A stretch of 54,190 bases of DNA from IMG/VR virus record IMGVR_UViG_3300031605_000003, positions 1 through 54,190 of that record. One strand, written 5' to 3'. Position numbers and translations under genes: made by a program. The notes below the pieces were generated by a model. The model searched no databases and was not told the DNA's origin. It worked only from the letters and a program-made list of their open reading frames with translations. This document shows positions 8,203-16,076 of the stretch, in pieces. The stretch's first letter is position 1. The number at the start of each line of letters is the position of its first letter. Source of the stretch: a virus (taxonomy: Duplodnaviria; Caudoviricetes).

Positions 8203-10326
8203 TTATGCTGAAAGTATTTGCCCAGTTTGAGTTTTTTGTACTCTGAGCGTTCCTTCCGTAGATCTTGCAATTTTGCCGTTAACCCCTACAAGCATATTTA
8301 CGCCATCTACCATGTTTGTTAGCTTTTTATTTGCAGTGTTTAATTCTGTTACCATGTTAGTCATCTTAAGTTCTAATGGTTTAAAGTTTAGTGCAGAATT
8401 AAGATTAGCATTTGACGTAACTGAACTTCCTACGTTTGGTGTTACTATTTCCGGTCCTCGTTCACCTGTAAGATATGGAACACCTGCAGACATATTACCA
8501 CCAATAGATTTTTCACCACCGAACATTCCACCAACAGCTGATCCGGCCATATTTCCTAGTGTTGCACCTAACATAGCACCACCTGGTCCTCCTACCATGA
8601 AACCTGCTATTCCGCCAAGTACTGATCCAGCCAAACCTGTCCATGATGAAACGTCGTTTGACTTGTCATCATCGACTAATCCAGCAACACTCATACCTGC
8701 TGTTCCTATTGCTCCAATGGCGCCGAGGCCTTTTCCCATTTTTGAATTTAATCCACCTTTTATTCCTCCACCCATTCCACCAAACATACTTCCTGAGCTC
8801 AAGTTACCTGCTTTGGTTCCCATATACACTGCTGTATAAGTTGGTAATGTGTCTTTTAATAAATTGAGTCCTAAACCTGAAATAGTTTTTGTACCATATA
8901 ATATTGCTTTTGTAAAATTTGATGTACCTGTAATAAATTTGTCAGACATATCTCCTATAGAAGATACTACACTGTCAGTTCCTTCTCCACCTAAAGAACC
9001 TAACATACTATAAAATCCTGTTTCTAAACTTTGTGTTGCCGCTGATAACCTTTTTGCATTTTCTTGAAATTGCATTAATGAAGATGTACCACCTGCCTGT
9101 GCCTTTTGTTGTTCTTTTAATGCCGCCACCTGATCTAATGTTAATGAAGCCATTTCAATAATACCAGGAGTTAATTCTAAGAATGGAACTTGTCCAGTTG
9201 CCGCCGCCGCACTAAATCTTTGTAATGATTTGACTGATAGGTCTCTCACTTGCATTAACGCTTGTTCAGAATTTATTGTCCCAGCAATTAATGATTTAAT
9301 TGTTTGTTGTACTTCTGGAAAGTTCTGTACAAGTTGCATAGCGGCATCAGTTACAGGAACTCCGGCATTAGCAAGTAAGTCTTCCATGCCTTCATTTAAC
9401 ATTGGAGATATTGCTCCTATTGTAGCGGCAAAAGTTGATATTCTTTGGTCGGTCTCGTCATCAAGTGTTCTTCTAAAAGCGGCAAATCTAGCATTTGATT
9501 TTTGCTGATCTAGTTGGGCACGAAGTTCTGATCTTTGTTGACCTGTTAATTTTGCTAATCTATCAAGTTCTTTGGCAAGATTTGCGGCACTTTGCACTCT
9601 TTGTTGATTAGTCATACTATCAAAGAGACCTGTTCTTCTTTGTCTATCTAAATTTGTTAATAGTGTTTCGTTAATTTCGTCAACTGTAAAACCTAAACTA
9701 GCTAGTTCTGGAGTAGCTTGAGTTCTTAATGCTTCTCCTAATCCAGCAATACCCATAGCACCTTTAGTAGTTGTTCCGTAAAGTGCGGCTAGTGTTGTTG
9801 AATTATCTCTAACCAATTTAGCAAAGTCATCTAATGGCAAAGCGGCCATATGGGCGGCATTTCTCATTTCTACAATAGACTGATTAAAGTTACCACCAAC
9901 TTCGGCCAATCCTCTAAATGTTTCAGCATTAACGTCAAATGTTTTACCTAGGTCAGCAACAAAATTTAAAACTGTACTGCTACCTCGTAAACTTTCGGTA
10001 AATTCACTTATTGATCCTGTACCTGCATATGCGGCTGAACCAAAAGTTCTTAAACTAGATCTAACTGCTCTTAAATTATCATCTAATTTAGAGTATGTTA
10101 CGTTTATTTTTTTTAAATGATCTTCGTGTTCGGTTTCGTGCTTTTTTAAACTTTTGTTTAAACTGATTACTTTTTTAATTTCTCTATTACTGAGTTTTTG
10201 TATAGCGGCACCTTCTTTAGTAAGAGCAAGTTCTTCTAATGCTGTTTTTCTAGCAGTACGAGAATCTTTACCTTTAAGGGCATCTTCTATCGTTTTACCT
10301 AATTGTTTTAAATCTTCTGTATCCAT
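8203..10326 (-). CDS. Tape measure protein-like
   Basis: 707 aa helical A/L/Q-rich protein with a Gly-zipper segment (GGIAGFMVGGPGGAMLGATLG) and C-terminal YLTGERGPEIVTP motif; divergent from the gp26/gp51 pair. Confidence 0.75.
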   Translation of the reverse strand: MDTEDLKQLGKTIEDALKGKDSRTARKTALEELALTKEGAAIQKLSNREIKKVISLNKSLKKHETEHEDHLKKINVTYSKLDDNLRAVRSSLRTFGSAAYAGTGSISEFTESLRGSSTVLNFVADLGKTFDVNAETFRGLAEVGGNFNQSIVEMRNAAHMAALPLDDFAKLVRDNSTTLAALYGTTTKGAMGIAGLGEALRTQATPELASLGFTVDEINETLLTNLDRQRRTGLFDSMTNQQRVQSAANLAKELDRLAKLTGQQRSELRAQLDQQKSNARFAAFRRTLDDETDQRISTFAATIGAISPMLNEGMEDLLANAGVPVTDAAMQLVQNFPEVQQTIKSLIAGTINSEQALMQVRDLSVKSLQRFSAAAATGQVPFLELTPGIIEMASLTLDQVAALKEQQKAQAGGTSSLMQFQENAKRLSAATQSLETGFYSMLGSLGGEGTDSVVSSIGDMSDKFITGTSNFTKAILYGTKTISGLGLNLLKDTLPTYTAVYMGTKAGNLSSGSMFGGMGGGIKGGLNSKMGKGLGAIGAIGTAGMSVAGLVDDDKSNDVSSWTGLAGSVLGGIAGFMVGGPGGAMLGATLGNMAGSAVGGMFGGEKSIGGNMSAGVPYLTGERGPEIVTPNVGSSVTSNANLNSALNFKPLELKMTNMVTELNTANKKLTNMVDGVNMLVGVNGKIARSTEGTLRVQKTQTGQILSA

Positions 10327-10355
10327 ATGGTTTTAATACCGTCATTATCTACGCA

Positions 10356-10396
10356 TATAAATATAGACATATATACGCAATTAATGTATATTTATA
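10356..10396. promoter_or_regulatory. Face-to-face late promoters: TATAAATA (+, 10356-10363) and TATAAATA (-, 10389-10396)
   Basis: Two exact consensus copies in the 80 bp gap between divergent genes. Confidence 0.8.
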
Positions 10397-10406
10397 GAAG
10401 TAAAAA

Positions 10407-11261
10407 ATGACAGAAAACACAAACCCGTTAAACAAGTATTTTAGACAGCCAGCTGTATTTGTGACGTTACCGTCAGGTGGAGCATATCCTCCGCACGTTG
10501 TAACACAATCCCAAACAGGAGAAATAGGTGTACAACCAATGACTGCTCGTGATGAGATAGTGTTTAAAACGCCAGATGCACTAATGAATGGTCAGGGCAT
10601 GGTAGATGTGATCCAAAGTTGTGTTCCAGATATCAAAGATGCATGGCAAATTAGCAATTATGATTTAGATTCAATATTAATAGCAATACGTATTGCCACA
10701 TACGGTGAAACTATGAATATTTCTTTTACTGTACCAGGAACAACTGAAAAAGTAGACCACTCATTAAACTTACCAGCATTATTAGACCAAATTAAATCTA
10801 AAACAATAAAAAATGACATTGTATTAAAAGACGGATTAAAAATTGCAGTAAGACCTTTAACATACAAAGACATGACTACTACTGCTTTACAAACATTTAC
10901 ACAACAAAAATTATATACCACAGTGCAAAACGCAGATATGAAGCCAGAAGAAAAAGTAAAAAGGTTTAATGACAGTTTTAAAGCACTAACTGATTTAAGT
11001 CACACTATTTTGTTAAAAAACATTTATAATATAACAGTACCAGACGGAACAGAAGTTACAGACCCGGCACAAATTAAAGAGTTTGTAGAAAAAGCGAATG
11101 CAACACTAATAAAAGAGTTGCAAGATAAATTAATTGAACTGAGAACTCAAGGTGCAGTACAACCTGTAAAATTAAAAGCATCTGAAGAGCAGATCAAAAA
11201 AGGTGCACCGGTTTCTTATGAGATTCCAGTAACATTTGATACTGCAAATTTTTTCGTATAA
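10407..11261 (+). CDS. gp26: Baseplate hub assembly / tail assembly chaperone (T4 gp26-like)
   Basis: NPLNKYFRQP..TLPS, PMTARDE, ILIAIRIATYGE, RPLTYK; ends in NFF. Confidence 0.8.
   Translation: MTENTNPLNKYFRQPAVFVTLPSGGAYPPHVVTQSQTGEIGVQPMTARDEIVFKTPDALMNGQGMVDVIQSCVPDIKDAWQISNYDLDSILIAIRIATYGETMNISFTVPGTTEKVDHSLNLPALLDQIKSKTIKNDIVLKDGLKIAVRPLTYKDMTTTALQTFTQQKLYTTVQNADMKPEEKVKRFNDSFKALTDLSHTILLKNIYNITVPDGTEVTDPAQIKEFVEKANATLIKELQDKLIELRTQGAVQPVKLKASEEQIKKGAPVSYEIPVTFDTANFFV
11246..11255 (+). other. -1 programmed frameshift site (A AAT TTT / T TTT TTC)
   Basis: Two overlapping X XXY YYZ heptamers in phase at the end of gp26; the -1 frame is open through to stop 11485. Confidence 0.7.
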
Positions 11262-11308
11262 CATTACTGTCACAGTCGGAATCTGACATTATTATCACAT
11301 TACAAAAT

Positions 11309-11485
11309 ATGGAGAAGGATACTAAAGCATTACGACACGACCTTTTAAAAATATGCTGGTATATGCGAGGAGGAGTGACTTATTCCGAGGCCGCGGCAAT
11401 GTCCCCTACAGAACGTCAAATAGTGAGTCAATTAGTAAAAGAAAATTTAGAAACAACCAAAAAAACAGGTCAACCTTTCTTCTAA
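11309..11485 (+). CDS. gp51: gp51-like hub assembly protein (58 aa from ATG; likely the C-terminal part of a frameshift fusion)
   Basis: Missing from the ORF track: MEKDTKALRHDLLKICWYMRGGVTYSEAAAMSPTERQIVSQLVKENLETTKKTGQPFF. The Y.E...M...ER pattern resembles gp51; no SD before the ATG. Confidence 0.7.
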   Translation: MEKDTKALRHDLLKICWYMRGGVTYSEAAAMSPTERQIVSQLVKENLETTKKTGQPFF

Positions 11486-11538
11486 ATCAATATATAATAC
11501 TTTAATGGGTACTAAAAAACTGGATAATTATAATCTAT

Positions 11539-11880
11539 ATGTCTGATAAGGACCTAGTCCAAGAACTCAAGGCAACAATCTCCGATCTCGCAAAAGATAA
11601 GGATGATATGGCCAACACAATCAAAACGAAAGAGTCACGGATTAAGCAAACACTGATTAAATTAGAACACGCCACCGGCGACGTTAAAACGTGTGGACAC
11701 AAAATTGCCGACCAAGATAAAAAAATTAAAGACCTAGAAGAAAAACTTAAAGATAAAAATAAAATTGTTAAGAAAGAAATTGACGAGGAAATAGAAAAGT
11801 ATATAACGACAAACGGCACACTAGAAAATGACGATAGCACAACACACACACATCAGAAGAAGACTCGAAATAATCCTTAA
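11539..11880 (+). CDS. Coiled-coil hypothetical protein
   Basis: 113 aa with a K/E/D-rich heptad pattern. Confidence 0.65.
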   Translation: MSDKDLVQELKATISDLAKDKDDMANTIKTKESRIKQTLIKLEHATGDVKTCGHKIADQDKKIKDLEEKLKDKNKIVKKEIDEEIEKYITTNGTLENDDSTTHTHQKKTRNNP

Positions 11881-11893
11881 TACATATCATTAC

Positions 11894-11916
11894 AAAAAGA
11901 CGACTTACAGTCATCT
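11894..11916 (-). terminator. Intrinsic terminator closing the candidate ncRNA
   Basis: Minus strand AGATGAC-TGTAA-GTCGTCT-TTTT. Confidence 0.6.
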
Positions 11917-12299
11917 AAACTTCGCTTTCGCTCGTTTCTTTTAAAACTTACGTTACGCTCTAAAAAACTAAACGCACTATGCGTCCTATGTGCTAGACGT
12001 TAGTCATAGTTCTGCTATTTCTAGCAGAACGACTTACCCATGTGCTGAGCTTATAGTCACTGTATATTGCTGTCGTAACTGGGCGGTTGTGCGGTACCCA
12101 TTCGCTAGTTCTATTCAACGCGAGTTTACTAATTCTTTATACAGTAATTTTTAGTAAACCTGAGGATTATCTTTTTCTAAGAGCCTCATCTTTGCTGTCT
12201 GTTCTACAAGCAAGATCCGATCACGTTAAGTGACCTCAATGCTGTTGTAATATATAATGTAGATATGATTTGCCTGGTGGTTGGATGCTGTTCCCCAAC
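11894..12299 (-). ncRNA. Candidate large structured non-coding RNA (~400 nt) of unknown family
   Basis: No ORF of 60 aa or more, more GC-rich than flanks, about ten consecutive stem-loops, promoter upstream and terminator at the end. Confidence 0.6.
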
Positions 12300-12304
12300 G
12301 TTTA

Positions 12305-12333
12305 TATATAACATACAAAAAATAAACAGTCAA
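12305..12333 (-). promoter_or_regulatory. Sigma70-like promoter for the candidate ncRNA
   Basis: TTGACT (12328-12333), 17 nt spacer ending TGT, TATATA (12305-12310); points into the ORF-free region. Confidence 0.55.
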
Positions 12334-12358
12334 TCAAATTGAGTTTAAATATCACAAT

Positions 12359-13042
12359 ATGAAGATTTTATGTGCAGGCGATGGTTTTGGTAAAGGACAC
12401 ATATGGAAAATGTGGCCGCAAATACTAGAAAATATATGTGAAGTAGACAATGTATGTCAGGTTGGTGCAGGAAATGAATATATTATGAATGCAACAATAG
12501 ACGCTTGTACAAAGAATGATTATGATTTTGTTATTGTACAATGGGCTCAATCAAATAGATTAGATATTATTAATCAAAATCAAGGTGGATTAGTACAGAA
12601 AATATTAGATGATAAAGTGCATAGAACTAAATTTATGAATATTAGTTTGTCAAAAAGATTATGGTGGTTATCGAGCAGTAGTAGAATTAATTTTATAAAA
12701 GAGTATCATAACAATTATATTACACAAGATCAGCATTGTTTACGTACTATACATCAAATAAAGTATGTTGAGCTTTTTTTGAAAAGCAAAAATATAAAAT
12801 TTATGTTCATTAGTACACCAAATTTGGATTTTATGCATCTAGACGAACATAAAATTTTAGATTTTGAAGTCTGGGCATTCCATGAAAAGTATAAAGGAAT
12901 GGACGACTATGCTAGAAAATATCCTGAATATAAAGCAGACAAAGAACCAGCAAATTATAAACAACCCCAAACAAAAATACATAAACAGTTTGTAAAAGAT
13001 GTAATTTGTCCAAAAATTCCAAAAGATGATGAAGAAAATTAA
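12359..13042 (+). CDS. Hypothetical protein, SGNH/GDSL-like N-terminus
   Basis: ILCAGDGF..W...GAGNEYI...VIVQW...R pattern; the usual GDS serine is replaced (GDG). Confidence 0.5.
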   Translation: MKILCAGDGFGKGHIWKMWPQILENICEVDNVCQVGAGNEYIMNATIDACTKNDYDFVIVQWAQSNRLDIINQNQGGLVQKILDDKVHRTKFMNISLSKRLWWLSSSSRINFIKEYHNNYITQDQHCLRTIHQIKYVELFLKSKNIKFMFISTPNLDFMHLDEHKILDFEVWAFHEKYKGMDDYARKYPEYKADKEPANYKQPQTKIHKQFVKDVICPKIPKDDEEN

Positions 13043-13973
13043 AGTATATTACACGCCGGGGGCCTTTGGAAATTTCTTAGGCTACTTAATAGATTGTTAT
13101 AATAATAAAAAATTATTGCCGTCACCGTTATTACCAGCCGGAAGTTCACATGGTAGATATAGGTATGAACACAAAACACTTGTATATCCTATAAATTTAG
13201 ATCCAGAATATAAAGTTTTTTTAGAAGATAAAGAAGAAGGAATTGGGTTAACATGGAAATCACAATATTTTTTTTATATATTACACGCAGTATACAGTAG
13301 AACGAATAGTGGACAATATGGAGAGTGTGGAGTACGAGCCATGGAAAAAAACTTTTGGAAGTTTTATACAATGCACGACGCACCGTTAGAAAACCAATTA
13401 AAATATTGGAAATTATTATTAGTAAATTTGAAAGAATTTTATAATTTTGATTGTAATGAACAAAATCAAGTTGTACCAAAATTAATATTAAGGCAACTTT
13501 TCTTTTTTTATATGGTACAAAGTCAAACTAATATGGTTACAATTAGAAACAACGAAATATTAAAAAGAAGAGAGTTGCAATTAGTTGATATTGATGTTAT
13601 TTTTGATTATGAGCAATTAAAGAATTTGTTAGGGATAATGTTTGGTTATGATTTAGATTTTAGTAAGTTACATAAAAAATTTATAGAAGATAATATGTCT
13701 TTAAAAGCATTTAATTTAAAAAATTATATTGTTGATTGTGTTTTTAAAAAGATAAATGAACCAATTCCTGATATAGACGTTGTTACTGAAGCAGGTATAT
13801 TATTTGAATTAGAAAAACATTTTTATGATATTCCTTTTCATAATATCCCGGAATTTTTTAAAGATACAGGATCTATAATAACTTACATTAATAGTTTTCC
13901 AAACTTTATGAAACAACCTAATAAGTTATTTCAACAAGATTATAAAAGGTTTAAACCAGATGTGGATTTATAA
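13026..13973 (+). CDS. Hypothetical protein
   Basis: 315 aa AT-rich ORF overlapping both neighbours; N-terminal YTPGAFGNFL loop. Confidence 0.65.
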   Translation: MMKKIKVYYTPGAFGNFLGYLIDCYNNKKLLPSPLLPAGSSHGRYRYEHKTLVYPINLDPEYKVFLEDKEEGIGLTWKSQYFFYILHAVYSRTNSGQYGECGVRAMEKNFWKFYTMHDAPLENQLKYWKLLLVNLKEFYNFDCNEQNQVVPKLILRQLFFFYMVQSQTNMVTIRNNEILKRRELQLVDIDVIFDYEQLKNLLGIMFGYDLDFSKLHKKFIEDNMSLKAFNLKNYIVDCVFKKINEPIPDIDVVTEAGILFELEKHFYDIPFHNIPEFFKDTGSIITYINSFPNFMKQPNKLFQQDYKRFKPDVDL

Positions 13974-14403
13974 CAATAAACAAATAACTGAATTACCTGA
14001 AGATTGTGTAGGTTTTGTTTACCAAATAACAAATACAACTAATGGTAGGATGTACATAGGCAAAAAATTAGCACAGTTTAAAAGATCCCGTCCACCATTA
14101 AAAGGTAGAGTAAACAAACGTAGATACAAAGTTAATAGTGATTGGGAAGATTATTATGGTAGTAGTGATAACTTAACTATTGATATTAAAAGACTTGGTA
14201 AAGATAATTTTAAAAGAGAAATACTTTTTTACTGTAAATCAAAAGCAGAACTATCGTATATAGAAGCCAGAGAACAGTTTGCACGTAAAGTGCTAGAATC
14301 AAATGATTATTATAATGGTCATATTCGTGTAAGAATACACGGATCTGGAATACTCAGAGAAAAATCTACAAAAGGTATATTAAAAGAAAAAGCCTCCACT
14401 TAA
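13960..14403 (+). CDS. GIY-YIG family endonuclease
   Basis: GFVYQITNTTNGRMYIGKK, YYGSS, FKREIL, E...YYN motifs. Confidence 0.85.
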   Translation: MWIYNNKQITELPEDCVGFVYQITNTTNGRMYIGKKLAQFKRSRPPLKGRVNKRRYKVNSDWEDYYGSSDNLTIDIKRLGKDNFKREILFYCKSKAELSYIEAREQFARKVLESNDYYNGHIRVRIHGSGILREKSTKGILKEKAST

Positions 14404-14416
14404 AAAGTGAAGGCTT
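14389..14416 (-). terminator. Terminator hairpin between convergent genes
   Basis: AAGCCT(C)CACTT-AA-AAGTG(A)AGGCTT with a T-rich tail on the minus strand. Confidence 0.65.
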
Positions 14417-14442
14417 ATCCTAATTGGTCCAATTAGCAATTA

Positions 14443-14655
14443 TTACGCCGCAGTAGCAGTACTTGTTTTTGCAGTACTCGCCGCGTTTTTAGCCTCTTGA
14501 ATTTCTTTTCTTCTTAGTTTGATCAGTTTTGACAAAGACGCTAATGCTTTTCTGGCTCTTGTTGCCGAAGCCTTAACACCCTTCTCTGTGAACTTTCCGT
14601 TCTCTTCAGAGTAGTTTTGAATCTCTGTCATGATCGATTCATGCGTTTGTGACAT
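14443..14655 (-). CDS. Histone H1-like Hc1 family DNA-binding protein
   Basis: KFTEKGVKASATRARKAL..L.KL.K.RRKEIQE matches the Hc1 pattern; AAGGA SD. Confidence 0.75.
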   Translation of the reverse strand: MSQTHESIMTEIQNYSEENGKFTEKGVKASATRARKALASLSKLIKLRRKEIQEAKNAASTAKTSTATAA

Positions 14656-14701
14656 ATGTTTTTTTTTCCTTCCGTTGTCGTACGATATAATTAATTAACA
14701 T

Positions 14702-15262
14702 ATGTTTAATTTAAACACACTCGAAGTGGTTCTGTCAATAGAAAAATCTCCAATATTACGGAAAAATGGAATAATTTACCAAGAATATCATAATTTTTTT
14801 GGTAATAACATATTAAAAGAGTTAGAAACTTTGGTAAATTTGAATTTTGTACAGTTGGAAAAGCAATTGGACAGACCAAGACTTCGGGTTGACTATTCAG
14901 AAGAAGTAATGAAAAAAATAAAACTTTTCTTTATGCAAACTCCTATTACTAAGGCTTTAGAAAAAAAATTTAATACTAATTTAAGTTTTGATAGTGTTGA
15001 CATTTGGCAAGATGAACCAGGATATTATTTAGAACCTCACACAGATGATTCAAGAGTTAAACTTGCATTACAATTTTATTTAGGAAACGATAACAACGTA
15101 GGAACATCTTTATTTGACAAAGACGATAATGTTTTGAAAACATTTGAATATACATTTAATTCAGGTTATGCTTTATTGAATAACGAATTTAGTCGGCATG
15201 GAACAACAACTAAAGTTACAAATGGGATAAGAAAGAGTATGTATGTTAGATACAGTCAGTAA
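14702..15262 (+). CDS. 2OG-Fe(II) oxygenase
   Basis: HxD (PHTDD), distal His (RHG) and RxS (RKS) cosubstrate motif. Confidence 0.8.
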   Translation: MFNLNTLEVVLSIEKSPILRKNGIIYQEYHNFFGNNILKELETLVNLNFVQLEKQLDRPRLRVDYSEEVMKKIKLFFMQTPITKALEKKFNTNLSFDSVDIWQDEPGYYLEPHTDDSRVKLALQFYLGNDNNVGTSLFDKDDNVLKTFEYTFNSGYALLNNEFSRHGTTTKVTNGIRKSMYVRYSQ

Positions 15263-16076
15263 AAACGATTTAGATAAAACATTATTTCCAATAAATGATC
15301 CTTATCTACAAAAACTAAAAGACGATTGGTATACAAAGTCGCAAAAACCTATAGAACACGATGCGTTTATTAACAAGGCGTCGGAATGGTTTAGAAGCAC
15401 TAAAATAAATTCATTGTCAGGGGTTGATAAATTTCCTTGTGTCGATATTATAATGGGTTGTACACATTATATAGAAAGTTTAGTTTCTAAACATAGTTGG
15501 AACATACAAATTTTACCCAAAGATTATGCTTATTATAGAGTAATGGGAAAACAAACAACAAACCCAGGAGATTTAAAATCTAATATACCTTTAATTGTAT
15601 CATTGCCAAATTGGTATTACGGTGATCGTCCAGATTGGGAATCTGTTTTAAAAGAATGTGAAGAAAAAAATATAGATATTCATGTAGATTGTGCTTGGAT
15701 AACAGTTGCAAACGATTTTAATTTTAATTTTGATCATCCAAATATTAAATCATTTGCAATGAGTATGTCAAAATATGATATGACATGGAATAGAATTGGA
15801 TTACGTTGGTCAAGGCAACGAACAATGGATTCGTGTACGGTAATAAGTGCTCAAAGAAAATATAATGAACTTACAACTGCTTGTGGATCGTTTATAATGG
15901 ATAATATTGAAAGAGATTATGGATGGAACAAGTATGGAGAGTTGAATAAAAAAATATGCGAACAATTAGACGTATCACAAACAAAATTTGTATATGTGGT
16001 CAAAGATAAAAACAATGATTGTTATTCAATAGGAAAAATTTTAGGTGATATTAAACAAGTATCTCCACGTCATTAG
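15243..16076 (+). CDS. PLP-dependent (fold type I) enzyme-like protein
   Basis: IHVDCAW, SMSK (putative Schiff-base Lys) and RIGLR motifs of aminotransferase class I/II. Confidence 0.65.
   Translation: MLDTVSKNDLDKTLFPINDPYLQKLKDDWYTKSQKPIEHDAFINKASEWFRSTKINSLSGVDKFPCVDIIMGCTHYIESLVSKHSWNIQILPKDYAYYRVMGKQTTNPGDLKSNIPLIVSLPNWYYGDRPDWESVLKECEEKNIDIHVDCAWITVANDFNFNFDHPNIKSFAMSMSKYDMTWNRIGLRWSRQRTMDSCTVISAQRKYNELTTACGSFIMDNIERDYGWNKYGELNKKICEQLDVSQTKFVYVVKDKNNDCYSIGKILGDIKQVSPRH

Noticed and set aside
1558-10921. Antisense and alternate-frame ORFs in the track (e.g. 4430..5068, 5065..5313, 6372..6554, 8273..8839, 10658..10921)
   Set aside because: They are shadows of well-supported genes, with S/F/P-biased composition and no SD or motifs.
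12026-12060. GACT...AGTC pairing resembling group I intron P7
   Set aside because: Spacing is too short for P3/P8, no interrupted host gene, and no recognisable P4-P6 core.
11881-12358. Retron msr-msd, DGR template or CRISPR mini-array
   Set aside because: No reverse transcriptase or cas gene in the window, no adenine-variant repeat pair seen, and no regular repeat-spacer period.
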